The notes: generated by a model not told the origin, from the letters alone. Positions 8,731 to 17,246 are shown, counted from the first letter of the stretch. The stretch: DNA of 64,000 nucleotides from a virus (IMGVR_UViG_3300042010_000129:192001-256000), one strand, 5' to 3'. Made by a program: numbers and translations.

Positions 8731-9416
8731 GCCGCCTCCTTTGGAATTTTGAAAGCCAGATGGTCACTGCCAATCCACGTGCCGTTCGTGGCCGACAGAT
8801 ATTCGATGGTGTTGTATTTGCCGTCGATCAACTGGCGCGGATTTACCACCACGACATAATCTAGGCCGGGCATGTAATAGTTTACAGTTTTGAACATCCG
8901 CTGAAGGTCGAAGCCGAGAACGGATTCCATGACCGGCGATTCTGGATAAAGAAACATCACCCGGTAAAATCCATCCTGCCCCAAAATGCCGGGCAGCGTA
9001 GCAATCGAACAATCCAGCGTTTCGTTTACTTGCAGGTCTACGCCATCCTTTAAAACGTCGAGGCGCATAATCGTGCGACCGTTGCGAAGTGCGGTTGCCA
9101 ATTGATCAAGCCACGGCTCGTTTTGTGTCACGGTGTTGTGCGTGCCGGTGCGATAGTGGAATGACATATCAGGACTGCGCAGCGTCACGCGGTAATCGTT
9201 ATGTTCCATCCATGCACAGAAAATGTGCCGGGGCGCTTTGGCCCAAATTGGCGCCGTGTCGATTCCGTACAATTTCGCAATACGCAGATGCGCACGGAAA
9301 CCAAACAGCGCAGCAACCAAACCCAGCAACGCAGGCAGCACATATTTAATGAAAACGAAAAGCAGGGCAGCAGTGCCCAAAACTTTTAGGATCGTGGACA
9401 TAATCTCGGTGGTCAT
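8727..9416 (-). CDS. N-terminally membrane-anchored protein
   Basis: 229 aa, hydrophobic residues ~8-40, SD GAGGAAGT. Confidence 0.75.
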   Translation of the reverse strand: MTTEIMSTILKVLGTAALLFVFIKYVLPALLGLVAALFGFRAHLRIAKLYGIDTAPIWAKAPRHIFCAWMEHNDYRVTLRSPDMSFHYRTGTHNTVTQNEPWLDQLATALRNGRTIMRLDVLKDGVDLQVNETLDCSIATLPGILGQDGFYRVMFLYPESPVMESVLGFDLQRMFKTVNYYMPGLDYVVVVNPRQLIDGKYNTIEYLSATNGTWIGSDHLAFKIPKEAA

Positions 9417-9454
9417 CTTCTACTTCCTCAGTTGTGAATCGGATTTCATCCCGT

Positions 9455-9480
9455 TGCACACTCTAGCCTCAGAATGTGCA
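9455..9480 (-). other. intergenic hairpin without U-tract
   Basis: TGCACATTCT-GAGGCT-AGAGTGTGCA after the stop at 9488. Confidence 0.55.
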
Positions 9481-9487
9481 GCAGTGA

Positions 9488-9940
9488 TTAGTCCAACACG
9501 ATGGCTTTAATGTACCAGTCCGGCGCCGAAGCGGCGTTGTTGTATTTCAGGTTGTACGCAACACACCACGCATCACGTTCTTCTGCCGTGTCGAATTCCA
9601 ACAGGTCGTCGCGCTTGTTGCCCCAGCCGCGTTCGAATTCCCGCGTTTCCGCGTAGAATTTTCCAGCGGTGCGTTCCGTCACAACTTTACGCGTGCCGGG
9701 AGTTTCCAGAATCGAAACCGGGGCGGGAATGGTCGCCACTACCGAAGCTTCGTCCTTTTCTTTGTCGAGCATGGATTGCGTTTTAAAAGCATCCCATTCT
9801 TTTTCCTCGACCACGCGGGCGCCGCTGTTGATTTCTTTTACGGCGTCGTCAGGCCACAGAATGGATTTCGCTTTGGTCACATCGTTGACCAGCAGCACCA
9901 TACCTTTGAACGTGCCTTTTTTAATCGTGTTGAGGGTCAT
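9488..9940 (-). CDS. hypothetical protein
   Basis: 150 aa, AAGGAG SD. Confidence 0.75.
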   Translation of the reverse strand: MTLNTIKKGTFKGMVLLVNDVTKAKSILWPDDAVKEINSGARVVEEKEWDAFKTQSMLDKEKDEASVVATIPAPVSILETPGTRKVVTERTAGKFYAETREFERGWGNKRDDLLEFDTAEERDAWCVAYNLKYNNAASAPDWYIKAIVLD

Positions 9941-10142
9941 GGCGTTTCTCCTTCGGTTTTAATTTCCGTGCGTGCTGCATGTGTGCCACACGGTCAATTT
10001 TATATTCGTAAGCGGCCATCAGAAAACCGTTACGCATGGCGTTTAAGAAATGACGCTGTGAATAACGCGCCCAGTCAACAGCACTTTGAAAACTTTGTGC
10101 CTCGACAAATTCCGCGTCGGCCACATAATCAGTTTTGTACAT
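9921..10142 (-). CDS. hypothetical protein
   Basis: 73 aa, fills the gap with short overlaps. Confidence 0.5.
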   Translation of the reverse strand: MYKTDYVADAEFVEAQSFQSAVDWARYSQRHFLNAMRNGFLMAAYEYKIDRVAHMQHARKLKPKEKRHDPQHD

Positions 10143-10389
10143 GACTCAGAGCCTTCCGCTTGAACGGGGTTTCCGCGTCCTGCGAGTTGAACCATTCCAG
10201 CAGAGCGGAACGGCGGTAACGCCCCACAATGACGACAGAGCCAAAGCGGGAATCAATGCGGCCTGTTTGCGTCTGACTTGCGGAGTCAGGAACAGGAACC
10301 AATTTTGCGCGCTCACGCAAAGCGCTTTCGGTTACGTGAGTGTGACCGGCCAAATCTTTAAGTGACCACAAAGGTTCGCGTGCTTTCAT
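10129..10389 (-). CDS. winged-HTH protein, excisionase/MerR-like
   Basis: LWSLKDLAGHTHVTESALRERAK ... RYRRSALLEWF pattern. Confidence 0.55.
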   Translation of the reverse strand: MKAREPLWSLKDLAGHTHVTESALRERAKLVPVPDSASQTQTGRIDSRFGSVVIVGRYRRSALLEWFNSQDAETPFKRKALSHVQN

Positions 10390-10775
10390 ATATCTGCGTC
10401 CATAGCTGCTTTACGTTTTGCCGCCGCTTGCTGTGCGTTCCACTTCTTGCCAGCAGCGCGGGTAAATGTCTTGCGGAAACTCCAGCGGAAAATGCCGCTC
10501 CAGCTTGATTCGTTGTTGCTGGTGTTCTCGACGCCCGAATTAAGCAGGCCCCATACAAACAAATCCACGAACACCGCACGCACGAAACGCTTGAACACAC
10601 GCCACATGGAAATGCCGCATTTGTAGAACACGACAGTTTCATACAGGCCGTAACTCAAACCGCGTAGCAACGGGCGAGCCGCAATAAAAGTCATAACTGG
10701 CAAAATCACAAAGCCCGTCATAAAGCAGGCCGCGATGTACCAGTGCGGAAACCAACCCAAAAATGATTCCATCAT
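10386..10775 (-). CDS. membrane-anchored hypothetical protein
   Basis: 129 aa, hydrophobic N-terminus. Confidence 0.7.
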   Translation of the reverse strand: MMESFLGWFPHWYIAACFMTGFVILPVMTFIAARPLLRGLSYGLYETVVFYKCGISMWRVFKRFVRAVFVDLFVWGLLNSGVENTSNNESSWSGIFRWSFRKTFTRAAGKKWNAQQAAAKRKAAMDADI

Positions 10776-11005
10776 GTCTTAATCCCCACAGTGTGTTGAA
10801 CGACCGCGTATTCCGGTTCAGGATTTGCGCGAGTTGGATTTTGGTAGGCAGTTACACGCCCCCAGTAATTTTCCCCGAAATAATCACGCGCTTCAGGATC
10901 GTCCTGAAACACAAAATCGTATTCGAGGGTAAAACCGTCTTCGTCAAAATGCAGTGCAACGTAAGTCGAATCGCCGTGGCGCCCGACCGAGAAATTATTG
11001 AACAT
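10772..11005 (-). CDS. hypothetical protein
   Basis: 77-aa acidic ORF. Confidence 0.7.
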   Translation of the reverse strand: MFNNFSVGRHGDSTYVALHFDEDGFTLEYDFVFQDDPEARDYFGENYWGRVTAYQNPTRANPEPEYAVVQHTVGIKT

Positions 11006-11008
11006 GAT

Positions 11009-11221
11009 TTATTCCACCATTGATTGACAGGTCGTACAGCGCTGCGTGCGTGGAAAGATTTCCAAGCGTGCAGGAAGTATCGGTCTGTCGCAGTCTATGC
11101 AATCGGTGCGCGGTTCCCCTTCTGACGCTTCGAGGTTAATCCGTGCCCGCCTAATTTCGAGGGCGATAATGTTTTCACTTTCTTTTTCCGTGTCGCCCTC
11201 ACGCGCCCAACCTACAGCCAT
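11009..11221 (-). CDS. TraR/DksA C4-type zinc finger protein (YbiI-like)
   Basis: MAVGWA...IRRAR...CIDCDRPILPARLEIFPRTQRCTTCQ parallels E. coli YbiI (MASGWA...ARAR...CEECGAPIPQARREAIPGVRLCIHCQ). Confidence 0.85.
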   Translation of the reverse strand: MAVGWAREGDTEKESENIIALEIRRARINLEASEGEPRTDCIDCDRPILPARLEIFPRTQRCTTCQSMVE

Positions 11222-11279
11222 TTATTTGCCTCCCGTGTTTCATCCTGTTACGCACTCCCAAAGAAATGCGCACCAGCGA

Positions 11280-11552
11280 TTATTCCACCTTGAGTTCCAG
11301 ATGCAGCAGACCTTCCGCTTTCAGCACTTGCGCGAATTCGTGTTCGCCAATGCCTACGTGTTTGCGGGAACCATGAACGGTGGTCAGAATAAAATAATCG
11401 TCATCGTCCACGGTGAACGTGCAGATCAAAACGTTTTTACCGCCCAACACAGTTTCCACGCTGAACAGCCGAGCGTTCGCAAACTGGTTAACGTGTGCCA
11501 CGTGATGCTCGGCAGAGAAAAAACCTTTTATGGTTGAGACAGAGTTGAACAT
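11280..11552 (-). CDS. hypothetical protein
   Basis: 90 aa, GAGGA SD. Confidence 0.7.
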   Translation of the reverse strand: MFNSVSTIKGFFSAEHHVAHVNQFANARLFSVETVLGGKNVLICTFTVDDDDYFILTTVHGSRKHVGIGEHEFAQVLKAEGLLHLELKVE

Positions 11553-11588
11553 TTTTAAATCCTCGTTGGGGCGTCAGTTTCGTCACGC

Positions 11589-11616
11589 CTGCGCACCCAT
11601 GTAAGCCGATGCGCAG
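11589..11616 (-). other. GCAUC-loop-GGUGC intergenic hairpin (long loop)
   Basis: CTGCGCATC-GGCTTACATG-GGTGCGCAG after the stop at 11630. Confidence 0.6.
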
Positions 11617-11629
11617 AATCAACTAGCTG

Positions 11630-12034
11630 TTATTCAGCAACGGGTTTCAAACCGTAGTGTTCGCTTTTACCTTTCTGGAACACTTCCAGCAGCACACCGT
11701 TCATTTCCATTTTCTGGCCCGGCACCAAAAGAATGAGCGTTCCTTTTGGTTGCTTCGACGATGTAATCATCGCGCCGCAATTGTTGATCCAGTATTTTTC
11801 ATGACCGAACTTGTCACACCGTGCCTCGGCTTCGACCGGGCATTCGTTGTACTGCTGCGCGTAGTAGGCAGCACAGCCCGGCGCGACTTCCGGGTACAGC
11901 GTGTCGATACGTGTTTCTTTCGCTACGCAAAATTTCAGGCCGGTGAAGTTGTCCGTCTGTTCGCGGGTCAGAGTAATCACGTCTTGTTCGAGGTCGATAA
12001 TGTCGAAAGCTGGGAAAGAGGCGACGATTTTCAT
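11630..12034 (-). CDS. hypothetical protein
   Basis: 134 aa, AAGGA SD. Confidence 0.75.
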   Translation of the reverse strand: MKIVASFPAFDIIDLEQDVITLTREQTDNFTGLKFCVAKETRIDTLYPEVAPGCAAYYAQQYNECPVEAEARCDKFGHEKYWINNCGAMITSSKQPKGTLILLVPGQKMEMNGVLLEVFQKGKSEHYGLKPVAE

Positions 12035-12075
12035 TTTTGAATTCCTTTACTGTCAGGAGAATGTTTTGCAGCGGT

Positions 12076-12219
12076 TTAGATTTTGGTAGCGCCACGCGGT
12101 TTCGGTGCGTTGCGTTTGGCGCGGCGTTCGAAGTAAACGAAGGTGCCCATGATCGCCAGTACACCAGCCAAGACAGCGATTTCTTTTACGTGGCCGATTG
12201 CGGTAGTAGCGTATTCCAT
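12076..12219 (-). CDS. small single-pass membrane protein (below cutoff)
   Basis: MEYATTAIGHVKEIAVLAGVLAIMGTFVYFERRAKRNAPKPRGATKI. Confidence 0.65.
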   Translation of the reverse strand: MEYATTAIGHVKEIAVLAGVLAIMGTFVYFERRAKRNAPKPRGATKI

Positions 12220-12230
12220 TTCCGTGTTCC

Positions 12231-12458
12231 TTATGCGTTGACGTTTACAGAGTTGATTGTGACTTCGATGTACTTCTGTTCATCGCGGGCGTAGAACGTG
12301 CTGACCACCATGCCCGGCGTCGAACCGTCGTTGCACTTTTCAATTGCTGCCTCTTCCGATTCAGCAACAACGGTGCGCGTAATGTTTTTGGTCAGCTTGG
12401 TATCCAGCAGCACATTAAACAGCGTCACGTTGATAATGCATTTGTAGGCGCGTTTCAT
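12231..12458 (-). CDS. hypothetical protein
   Basis: 75-aa ORF. Confidence 0.7.
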   Translation of the reverse strand: MKRAYKCIINVTLFNVLLDTKLTKNITRTVVAESEEAAIEKCNDGSTPGMVVSTFYARDEQKYIEVTINSVNVNA

Positions 12459-12467
12459 TTTCTGACC

Positions 12468-12611
12468 TCAGATGGATTTGCGAAAGCGGCGAGCGGCTTC
12501 GGTGATTTGTTTTTCGCGGGCTTCTTGTTCCATGCGAATTTGCATGTCCCATTTCCAAGAAGGCTGTTTAGCGGTTTCGGTTTTGCGACGTGCAGTAGTT
12601 GCGTAGGCCAT
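12468..12611 (-). CDS. small basic protein (below cutoff), first gene behind P2
   Basis: MAYATTARRKTETAKQPSWKWDMQIRMEQEAREKQITEAARRFRKSI, preceded by AAGGAAGT. Confidence 0.7.
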   Translation of the reverse strand: MAYATTARRKTETAKQPSWKWDMQIRMEQEAREKQITEAARRFRKSI

Positions 12612-12704
12612 GATTCAAACTTCCTTAATTGCGTGAGTGGCTTTTCTGCGGGCAGCAGAAGCCCGATTGAGGCCAAAGGTATCAAAGGCCCCTATAGGCG
12701 TCAA
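12612..12704 (-). promoter_or_regulatory. sigma70 promoter-stem-loop-leader cassette P2
   Basis: TTGACG-17-TACCTT (TGn extension), CGGGC/GCCCG hairpin, CCACTCACGCAATTAAGGAAGTTTGA. Confidence 0.85.
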
Positions 12705-12781
12705 CAAGTTTCTGCAAAGGCCCCATAACGCCACAGGAACCACGCGCACGCGTATAGAGGAAGAACCGAACGCCAGAAACG

Positions 12782-12815
12782 ACAAAGGCCCCGCCAGCGT
12801 GAACTGGGGAGCCTT
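12782..12815 (-). terminator. putative intrinsic terminator
   Basis: GGC(T)CCCC...GGGGCC then TTTGTCGTTTCTGGC (tail shared with copy F at 23911). Confidence 0.5.
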
Positions 12816-12824
12816 GAGGTTGTG

Positions 12825-13130
12825 CTACGGGTCTACTGTCACGATGCGGGATGCAAACCATTGCCCGGTCTTCTTGCTTTGGTAAATCTCCTTATAGCTG
12901 CCTTCGTACACCGTTCCGTAATCGCCCCGGCTGGCGCGATCCATGTTCCGGTCTTTTTCCATCTGGTAACGAAGCGTGCGGTTTTCGTTTTCCAAATGTA
13001 CGGCGTGCAATTCAGCAGCCATTAACTTTCGGCGCAGTGTGGCAGTCGAACCTAAAAGCTTGAGCGCCAGAATTGCCATGCCTGCAAAACCGAGCGCCAT
13101 CATAAAAGCGGGAATCAGGTCTGGTTCCAT
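12825..13130 (-). CDS. membrane-anchored coiled-coil protein
   Basis: 101 aa, N-terminal hydrophobic helix. Confidence 0.7.
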   Translation of the reverse strand: MEPDLIPAFMMALGFAGMAILALKLLGSTATLRRKLMAAELHAVHLENENRTLRYQMEKDRNMDRASRGDYGTVYEGSYKEIYQSKKTGQWFASRIVTVDP

Positions 13131-13140
13131 GGGCGCCCCC

Positions 13141-13536
13141 TTACGAATGGCAGTCGATTTTTATTTTCGTGCCTGTATCCCGTGCGGCGGTTTCCAAACT
13201 CGGACGCATGTAGTCTGCGTTTTTCGCACACATCGGGGCCGCGCTTTCTTTGCCGTAGAAATCTGCCAGCGGGAAAGTACCGCATTCGCCAGCAGACATT
13301 TTTGTAGCCGGGGTGCAGATTTCAAACTTGAGTGCGGCCAGCGATGCGAACTGGCTCACAGGCAAACCAGATTTGCATTCGAACGTACCGGCGCGCTTTT
13401 CAAGCTTTGCCTGTTCCATCATTCCGTCGCGGTTGAAGCTGCACATAAAGGATGCTTGCGCCGAGTAGAAATCCGCGACTCGAATTTCCTTGCACGGCTG
13501 CCCTGCCAAACACAATTTTAACATCAGCGAAAACAT
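13141..13536 (-). CDS. Cys-containing protein with an internal tandem duplication
   Basis: Two copies of L..C...C....ADFY....MC..N. Confidence 0.7.
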   Translation of the reverse strand: MFSLMLKLCLAGQPCKEIRVADFYSAQASFMCSFNRDGMMEQAKLEKRAGTFECKSGLPVSQFASLAALKFEICTPATKMSAGECGTFPLADFYGKESAAPMCAKNADYMRPSLETAARDTGTKIKIDCHS

Positions 13537-13545
13537 GGTCGTTCC

Positions 13546-14064
13546 TTATTTCTTGATTTCGATTTTGGTGCCCATTTCGTCAGACGCCCATTTCAGCGCC
13601 TCTTTGACGTAGCGGGTTAATTCTGGCACCGATTCACAATCGTGATAGCCACGGTCGTTTTGAATGGGGAACGCTTGACGGCCCTTCGGACGGAAAAACC
13701 ATTGGTGCGAAAGCGGCACGTCGTAAACTTCTGGTTCGTAGCAACGCGCAAACTGGAATTCCAATTTGTGCCCGCCGACGCAATGCAGAATCAGCGTCCA
13801 GTTGTAGGCGGTGCGGCCCATTGAACCATCTTCGAGCTTACCGACCGTTACACGCCCGCCGTTGCGCTTCACGTAGTCACACAGCCGGGTCATGATTTTA
13901 TCCTGCCGAATTTTCTCGACTTGGATAAGGCGCTGCAATTCTTCCGGCGAAACGTTGCGCTCTTTTGCCGCTTTCAGATAATCGAGCGTTTCGCGGGTAG
14001 TCTTGAACAGGTCTTGCAGCGACTGGAAATTTAATTCGTGCGCTTCATTCCATGCAGTGGTCAT
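13546..14064 (-). CDS. hypothetical protein
   Basis: 172 aa from MTTAWN (ATGA overlap, GGAGG SD). Confidence 0.75.
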   Translation of the reverse strand: MTTAWNEAHELNFQSLQDLFKTTRETLDYLKAAKERNVSPEELQRLIQVEKIRQDKIMTRLCDYVKRNGGRVTVGKLEDGSMGRTAYNWTLILHCVGGHKLEFQFARCYEPEVYDVPLSHQWFFRPKGRQAFPIQNDRGYHDCESVPELTRYVKEALKWASDEMGTKIEIKK

Positions 14065-14600
14065 TGTTCGTCCTCCGGTTCGACGTAGCGCACAAGGTCG
14101 CATTTGTAATAATCGCCGTCAGCGCGCTTTTCAGAACGGCGGTGATCTTTGTAGCCACCGGAATAAATCCAGCCTTCATCGGTCAGAGACTTTTTCAACT
14201 TCGGTTCGGCGTCGTAGGCAAGGCGCGGCTGTTCCTTGATCCACACTTGTTTCGTTTCTTTGAGCAGGCCGATCAATTCGGCGCTGTCTTCGAAAACTAA
14301 CGCGGCTTTTATTTCTGCGCGGTTGCCTAGTGCAGCCATAAGTCCGCCACCGGAAATTATCACAGTGGCGAACGAACGGTTGTTTGCACCATCGCGCAAA
14401 TTGATGTGCAGGTCGAATTCTTCGTTGCAGTCATGATCAGCACGGCGCTGATCGAATTCGACTTCACGGCGGTTTACGTTTACCCGGATCGGGTAAAGTT
14501 TGCCGGGCTTCGTGCGTAGCCACAGGCCGCTAGCCTTTTCAGGAATCATAAAAGCCTCACAGGTAAGCGAACGTTTCCAGTTCTGGTGGACGTTCTTCAT
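14061..14600 (-). CDS. hypothetical protein
   Basis: 179-aa ORF; start may be 14549. Confidence 0.7.
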   Translation of the reverse strand: MKNVHQNWKRSLTCEAFMIPEKASGLWLRTKPGKLYPIRVNVNRREVEFDQRRADHDCNEEFDLHINLRDGANNRSFATVIISGGGLMAALGNRAEIKAALVFEDSAELIGLLKETKQVWIKEQPRLAYDAEPKLKKSLTDEGWIYSGGYKDHRRSEKRADGDYYKCDLVRYVEPEDEQ

Positions 14601-15192
14601 TTTTCAATTTACGCATGGCCCACAACGCTGTGCGCTTGCGGCCTTCGTCGTGCAACAGATTCAGCGGGAAAATATCTTTCGGTGGAGAATAAAAACGGCG
14701 CAGGGCATCCATCGGGTTCCGCGATTTAGGCGGCGTGTAGATTACCTGCACTTCGTGGCTTGCCATAATAAAGCGAATGACAAAACCGTGCTTCATCATC
14801 GACAAAGTAAATTCGTCGTAAGTATCGCCGTCACAAGGGAAGCCTTCAAAGTTCGGATAATCAAACTTTGGTTTCACTTCCACATTTACAGTATCGGGAT
14901 TCGATTTTGGCACGTCTTGCAATTCGATGGCTTCGGCATTTGCCTTGGCCCGTGCCTCTTCACGTTCTGCACGCGTAAAAGGAATGTCGCGTACAGGAAC
15001 AGCAGGTGTTGCGTTACTCCAAAATCCGCCCGGCTCTTTCGGTGCCGAAAAGGCGTCATCCGGCAATTGCAGATCGGCGCTAGCTTCTAGCTTTCCGCTG
15101 GCGCGTGCCCCGAAGGTCATACGATACAGCACCACAAGGCACAGAACGATGCCTAGCACGCATACAGCCAGTACATACTCTATATAGTCCAT
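14557..15192 (-). CDS. N-terminally membrane-anchored protein
   Basis: 211 aa from MDYIEYVLAVCVLGIVLCLVVLY, AGGAGG SD. Confidence 0.75.
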   Translation of the reverse strand: MDYIEYVLAVCVLGIVLCLVVLYRMTFGARASGKLEASADLQLPDDAFSAPKEPGGFWSNATPAVPVRDIPFTRAEREEARAKANAEAIELQDVPKSNPDTVNVEVKPKFDYPNFEGFPCDGDTYDEFTLSMMKHGFVIRFIMASHEVQVIYTPPKSRNPMDALRRFYSPPKDIFPLNLLHDEGRKRTALWAMRKLKNEERPPELETFAYL

Positions 15193-15232
15193 GCTAAATA
15201 CCCTCCTTAGCATTTGTGAGAAAACAGAAGGC

Positions 15233-15278
15233 GAAAAATAACCCCCTTTGCATTTACGCGCCGGGGGTGTTTCGGTAC
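15233..15278 (-). terminator. putative intrinsic terminator
   Basis: CCCCC...GGGGG then TTATTTTT after the stop at 15293. Confidence 0.5.
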
Positions 15279-15292
15279 AGCGCCCTTTTTTA

Positions 15293-16810
15293 TTACAGGG
15301 CGCGGAATTCATCGGCAGTAATTTTGCCGGTGAAAGTTGGTTGACCATCAAAGGACATGATCAGGCTGTACGGCAGTGCGCCTTTGTTCTCGGTCACGGC
15401 CACCAGTTGATCGTCACGGGTAACGATGCGAATCACGTTAACCATTTTTTCCTTGCTGCCTTTGATTACACGCACGCCCACGGTTTTGACTTGATCGCGG
15501 GTTGGCTTTTCCGAAACAACCTGCTTGGCAGCTTTTGGCGCCTTTTCAGCTTTTTCGAAATTCAGTTTTGCAGCCTTGCCGTTTACAGTCTTGCGGGTGT
15601 TTTCAGCAGGCTTTGCAGCCGGGGCCGATGCAGCGGTTTTGCCAGCCTTCGACGGAACTTCATGCAGGTCAGCAACGCGGAACTTGCCTTTGACCAAAAC
15701 AATCGACAGCAAAGGAACACGCTTGCCGCTGGTGGTCACTACAACGCGTTCCTGAGTTTCTTTTACGCGAACGATGCTCTGTACGGTTTCGTGTTTACGA
15801 CCGTCCATGAAACCCTCGGCGCGCAATGCGGTAGTGCTGATTTCAGCAACCGGCGCAGCGGCTTTCGGTGCAGCAGTTTTTGCAGCAGGTTTAACCGCAA
15901 CGGTTTTCACCGGGGCTTTTTCGCTGGCGGCGTGTGCAGCTTGCGAAGCGGCCATTTTGTGGTTTTTAACCATTTTGCCTTTCTTGTCGTGGGCGATGTG
16001 CGACGAGAAATGTTTCCACGGCTGCGCCGATTGTTCGAATGCGCGAACTTCGCTCAGTGCAACGCCTTCGTATGCCCACACGGCGGCGTCTTTCAGAGTC
16101 ACGAACAGGGTTTTCGTGTTGCGGTCGTACTCGGCACCGGTCAACTGGGTGCTGGTTTTGATGTTCAGGACGCGAATCGGGAACACACGGCCACCGGCAG
16201 CGGCTGGGGTTTCTTCTGGCAAATCTTCCTGTTCAACGGCAGCAGGTTTTTTGCCGGTGGCTTTCGGTGCAGCAGCGGCTTTTACAGGCGCCGAAGTTTC
16301 AGCAGGGGCGGTGTATTTTTCCACCATATCCAGTTTCACACGCAGCGCGCCGCGATTGTTGAATTCCAGATCGGCAACGGCGATTTTGCTGCCCTTGTCG
16401 GTTACGACGGTGCGCACGTCGTTGATTTTGGAAATGCGCAGAACGTTTTCCTTGGCGCGACCGATCATCACCACGCCCGCTTCACGAATGGCGCCCGATT
16501 TCAGTTCTTCGGCAACCGGTGCAGTTTTCGCGGCAGCAGTTGCTTTCGGTGCAGCAGTTGCTTTCGGTGCAGCAGCGGCTTTTGCAGCGGCAGGCTTAAC
16601 AGATGCAGCAGCCGGTTTCGAAGCGTCGGCCTGTTTAGCGGCAAACTCTTTGCGCCAGTTTTTCAGGTCACGCAGTTTTACGCCGGGGGAAACTTCGGTG
16701 CCGATGCCGGGCACTTCCACGCCCGCTTTTTTAGCGGCGGAGATTTGCGCGGTCAGAGCGTCAACAGCAGCAACCAGCAGAGCAGTGGTGTTCAGAGTAG
16801 TGTTAGTCAT
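15293..16810 (-). CDS. KTSC-domain protein with Ala/Lys/Pro-rich (histone H1/AlgP-like) linkers and three repeated beta domains
   Basis: TSTQLTGAEYDRNTKTLFVTLKDAAVWAYEGVALSEVRAFEQSAQPWKHFSSHI fits the KTSC pattern; KPAA/APKA repeats. Confidence 0.75.
   Translation of the reverse strand: MTNTTLNTTALLVAAVDALTAQISAAKKAGVEVPGIGTEVSPGVKLRDLKNWRKEFAAKQADASKPAAASVKPAAAKAAAAPKATAAPKATAAAKTAPVAEELKSGAIREAGVVMIGRAKENVLRISKINDVRTVVTDKGSKIAVADLEFNNRGALRVKLDMVEKYTAPAETSAPVKAAAAPKATGKKPAAVEQEDLPEETPAAAGGRVFPIRVLNIKTSTQLTGAEYDRNTKTLFVTLKDAAVWAYEGVALSEVRAFEQSAQPWKHFSSHIAHDKKGKMVKNHKMAASQAAHAASEKAPVKTVAVKPAAKTAAPKAAAPVAEISTTALRAEGFMDGRKHETVQSIVRVKETQERVVVTTSGKRVPLLSIVLVKGKFRVADLHEVPSKAGKTAASAPAAKPAENTRKTVNGKAAKLNFEKAEKAPKAAKQVVSEKPTRDQVKTVGVRVIKGSKEKMVNVIRIVTRDDQLVAVTENKGALPYSLIMSFDGQPTFTGKITADEFRAL
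16533..16568. repeat. 18-bp coding tandem repeat (2 exact copies plus a partial)
   Basis: gcagcagttgctttcggt x2, encodes APKATA. Confidence 0.85.
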
Positions 16811-16903
16811 TTTCGAAACTTCCTAAATAGTGTGAGTGTGATACTGCGTCGGCGTGATTGCCGATTGGATTTCAGAATGCCATTACAGGCGCCAAGGTGT
16901 CAA
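16811..16903 (-). promoter_or_regulatory. sigma70 promoter-stem-loop-leader cassette P3
   Basis: TTGACA-18-CATTCT, TCGGC/GCCGA hairpin, ACACTCACACTATTTAGGAAGTTT. Confidence 0.8.
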
Positions 16904-17178
16904 CTGCTTTTGCGGTGGCTTTCGTTTAGTACCGGGTAGTTCTGGCCGTGGCCGAAAAACTTTCCTGCGGCGTCGAGCCGTGTTTCCGGGGTTACGTGCC
17001 AAACCTGCATATGGTTTTGCAGCCGGGTACGTTTCCCGCCCGGAATCTTTTCCAGCGCCTCTTTAACCGTGGAACCGAAACCCCAATCCCCGAAGTCCAC
17101 GACGATAAAGTGGGTCAGTGCAGGATTCAGATTTTCCGGTTTCGCGATTTCGCTGGCCGCGTCTAATTTGCGAGCCAT
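16900..17178 (-). CDS. hypothetical protein (paralog of 21608..21883)
   Basis: 92 aa from MARKLD, AAGGAG SD; LTHFI..G.WG.G...EA...Q.W..TPE.R motif. Confidence 0.75.
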   Translation of the reverse strand: MARKLDAASEIAKPENLNPALTHFIVVDFGDWGFGSTVKEALEKIPGGKRTRLQNHMQVWHVTPETRLDAAGKFFGHGQNYPVLNESHRKSS

Positions 17179-17220
17179 AGTTTTTATCTCCTTTCGATTT
17201 TGGGGTTTCAGTACAACCAG

Positions 17221-17246
17221 CATGCGCACCGTTCTAGATGCGCATG
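17221..17246 (-). other. GCAUC-loop-GGUGC intergenic hairpin
   Basis: CATGCGCATC-TAGAAC-GGTGCGCATG after the stop at 17261. Confidence 0.65.

Noticed and set aside
12455-12685. 76-aa ORF-track call
   Set aside because: Starts inside promoter P2; the cassette SD points to the 47-aa ORF 12468..12611 in another frame
15248-16939. 563-aa plus-strand ORF (and similar long plus ORFs at 51269..52843, 57506..59557, 55745..56806 and 61567..62778)
   Set aside because: Exact antisense shadows of well-supported minus-strand genes; Phe/Arg/Cys-rich translations typical of the reverse complement of biased codons; no SD or motifs
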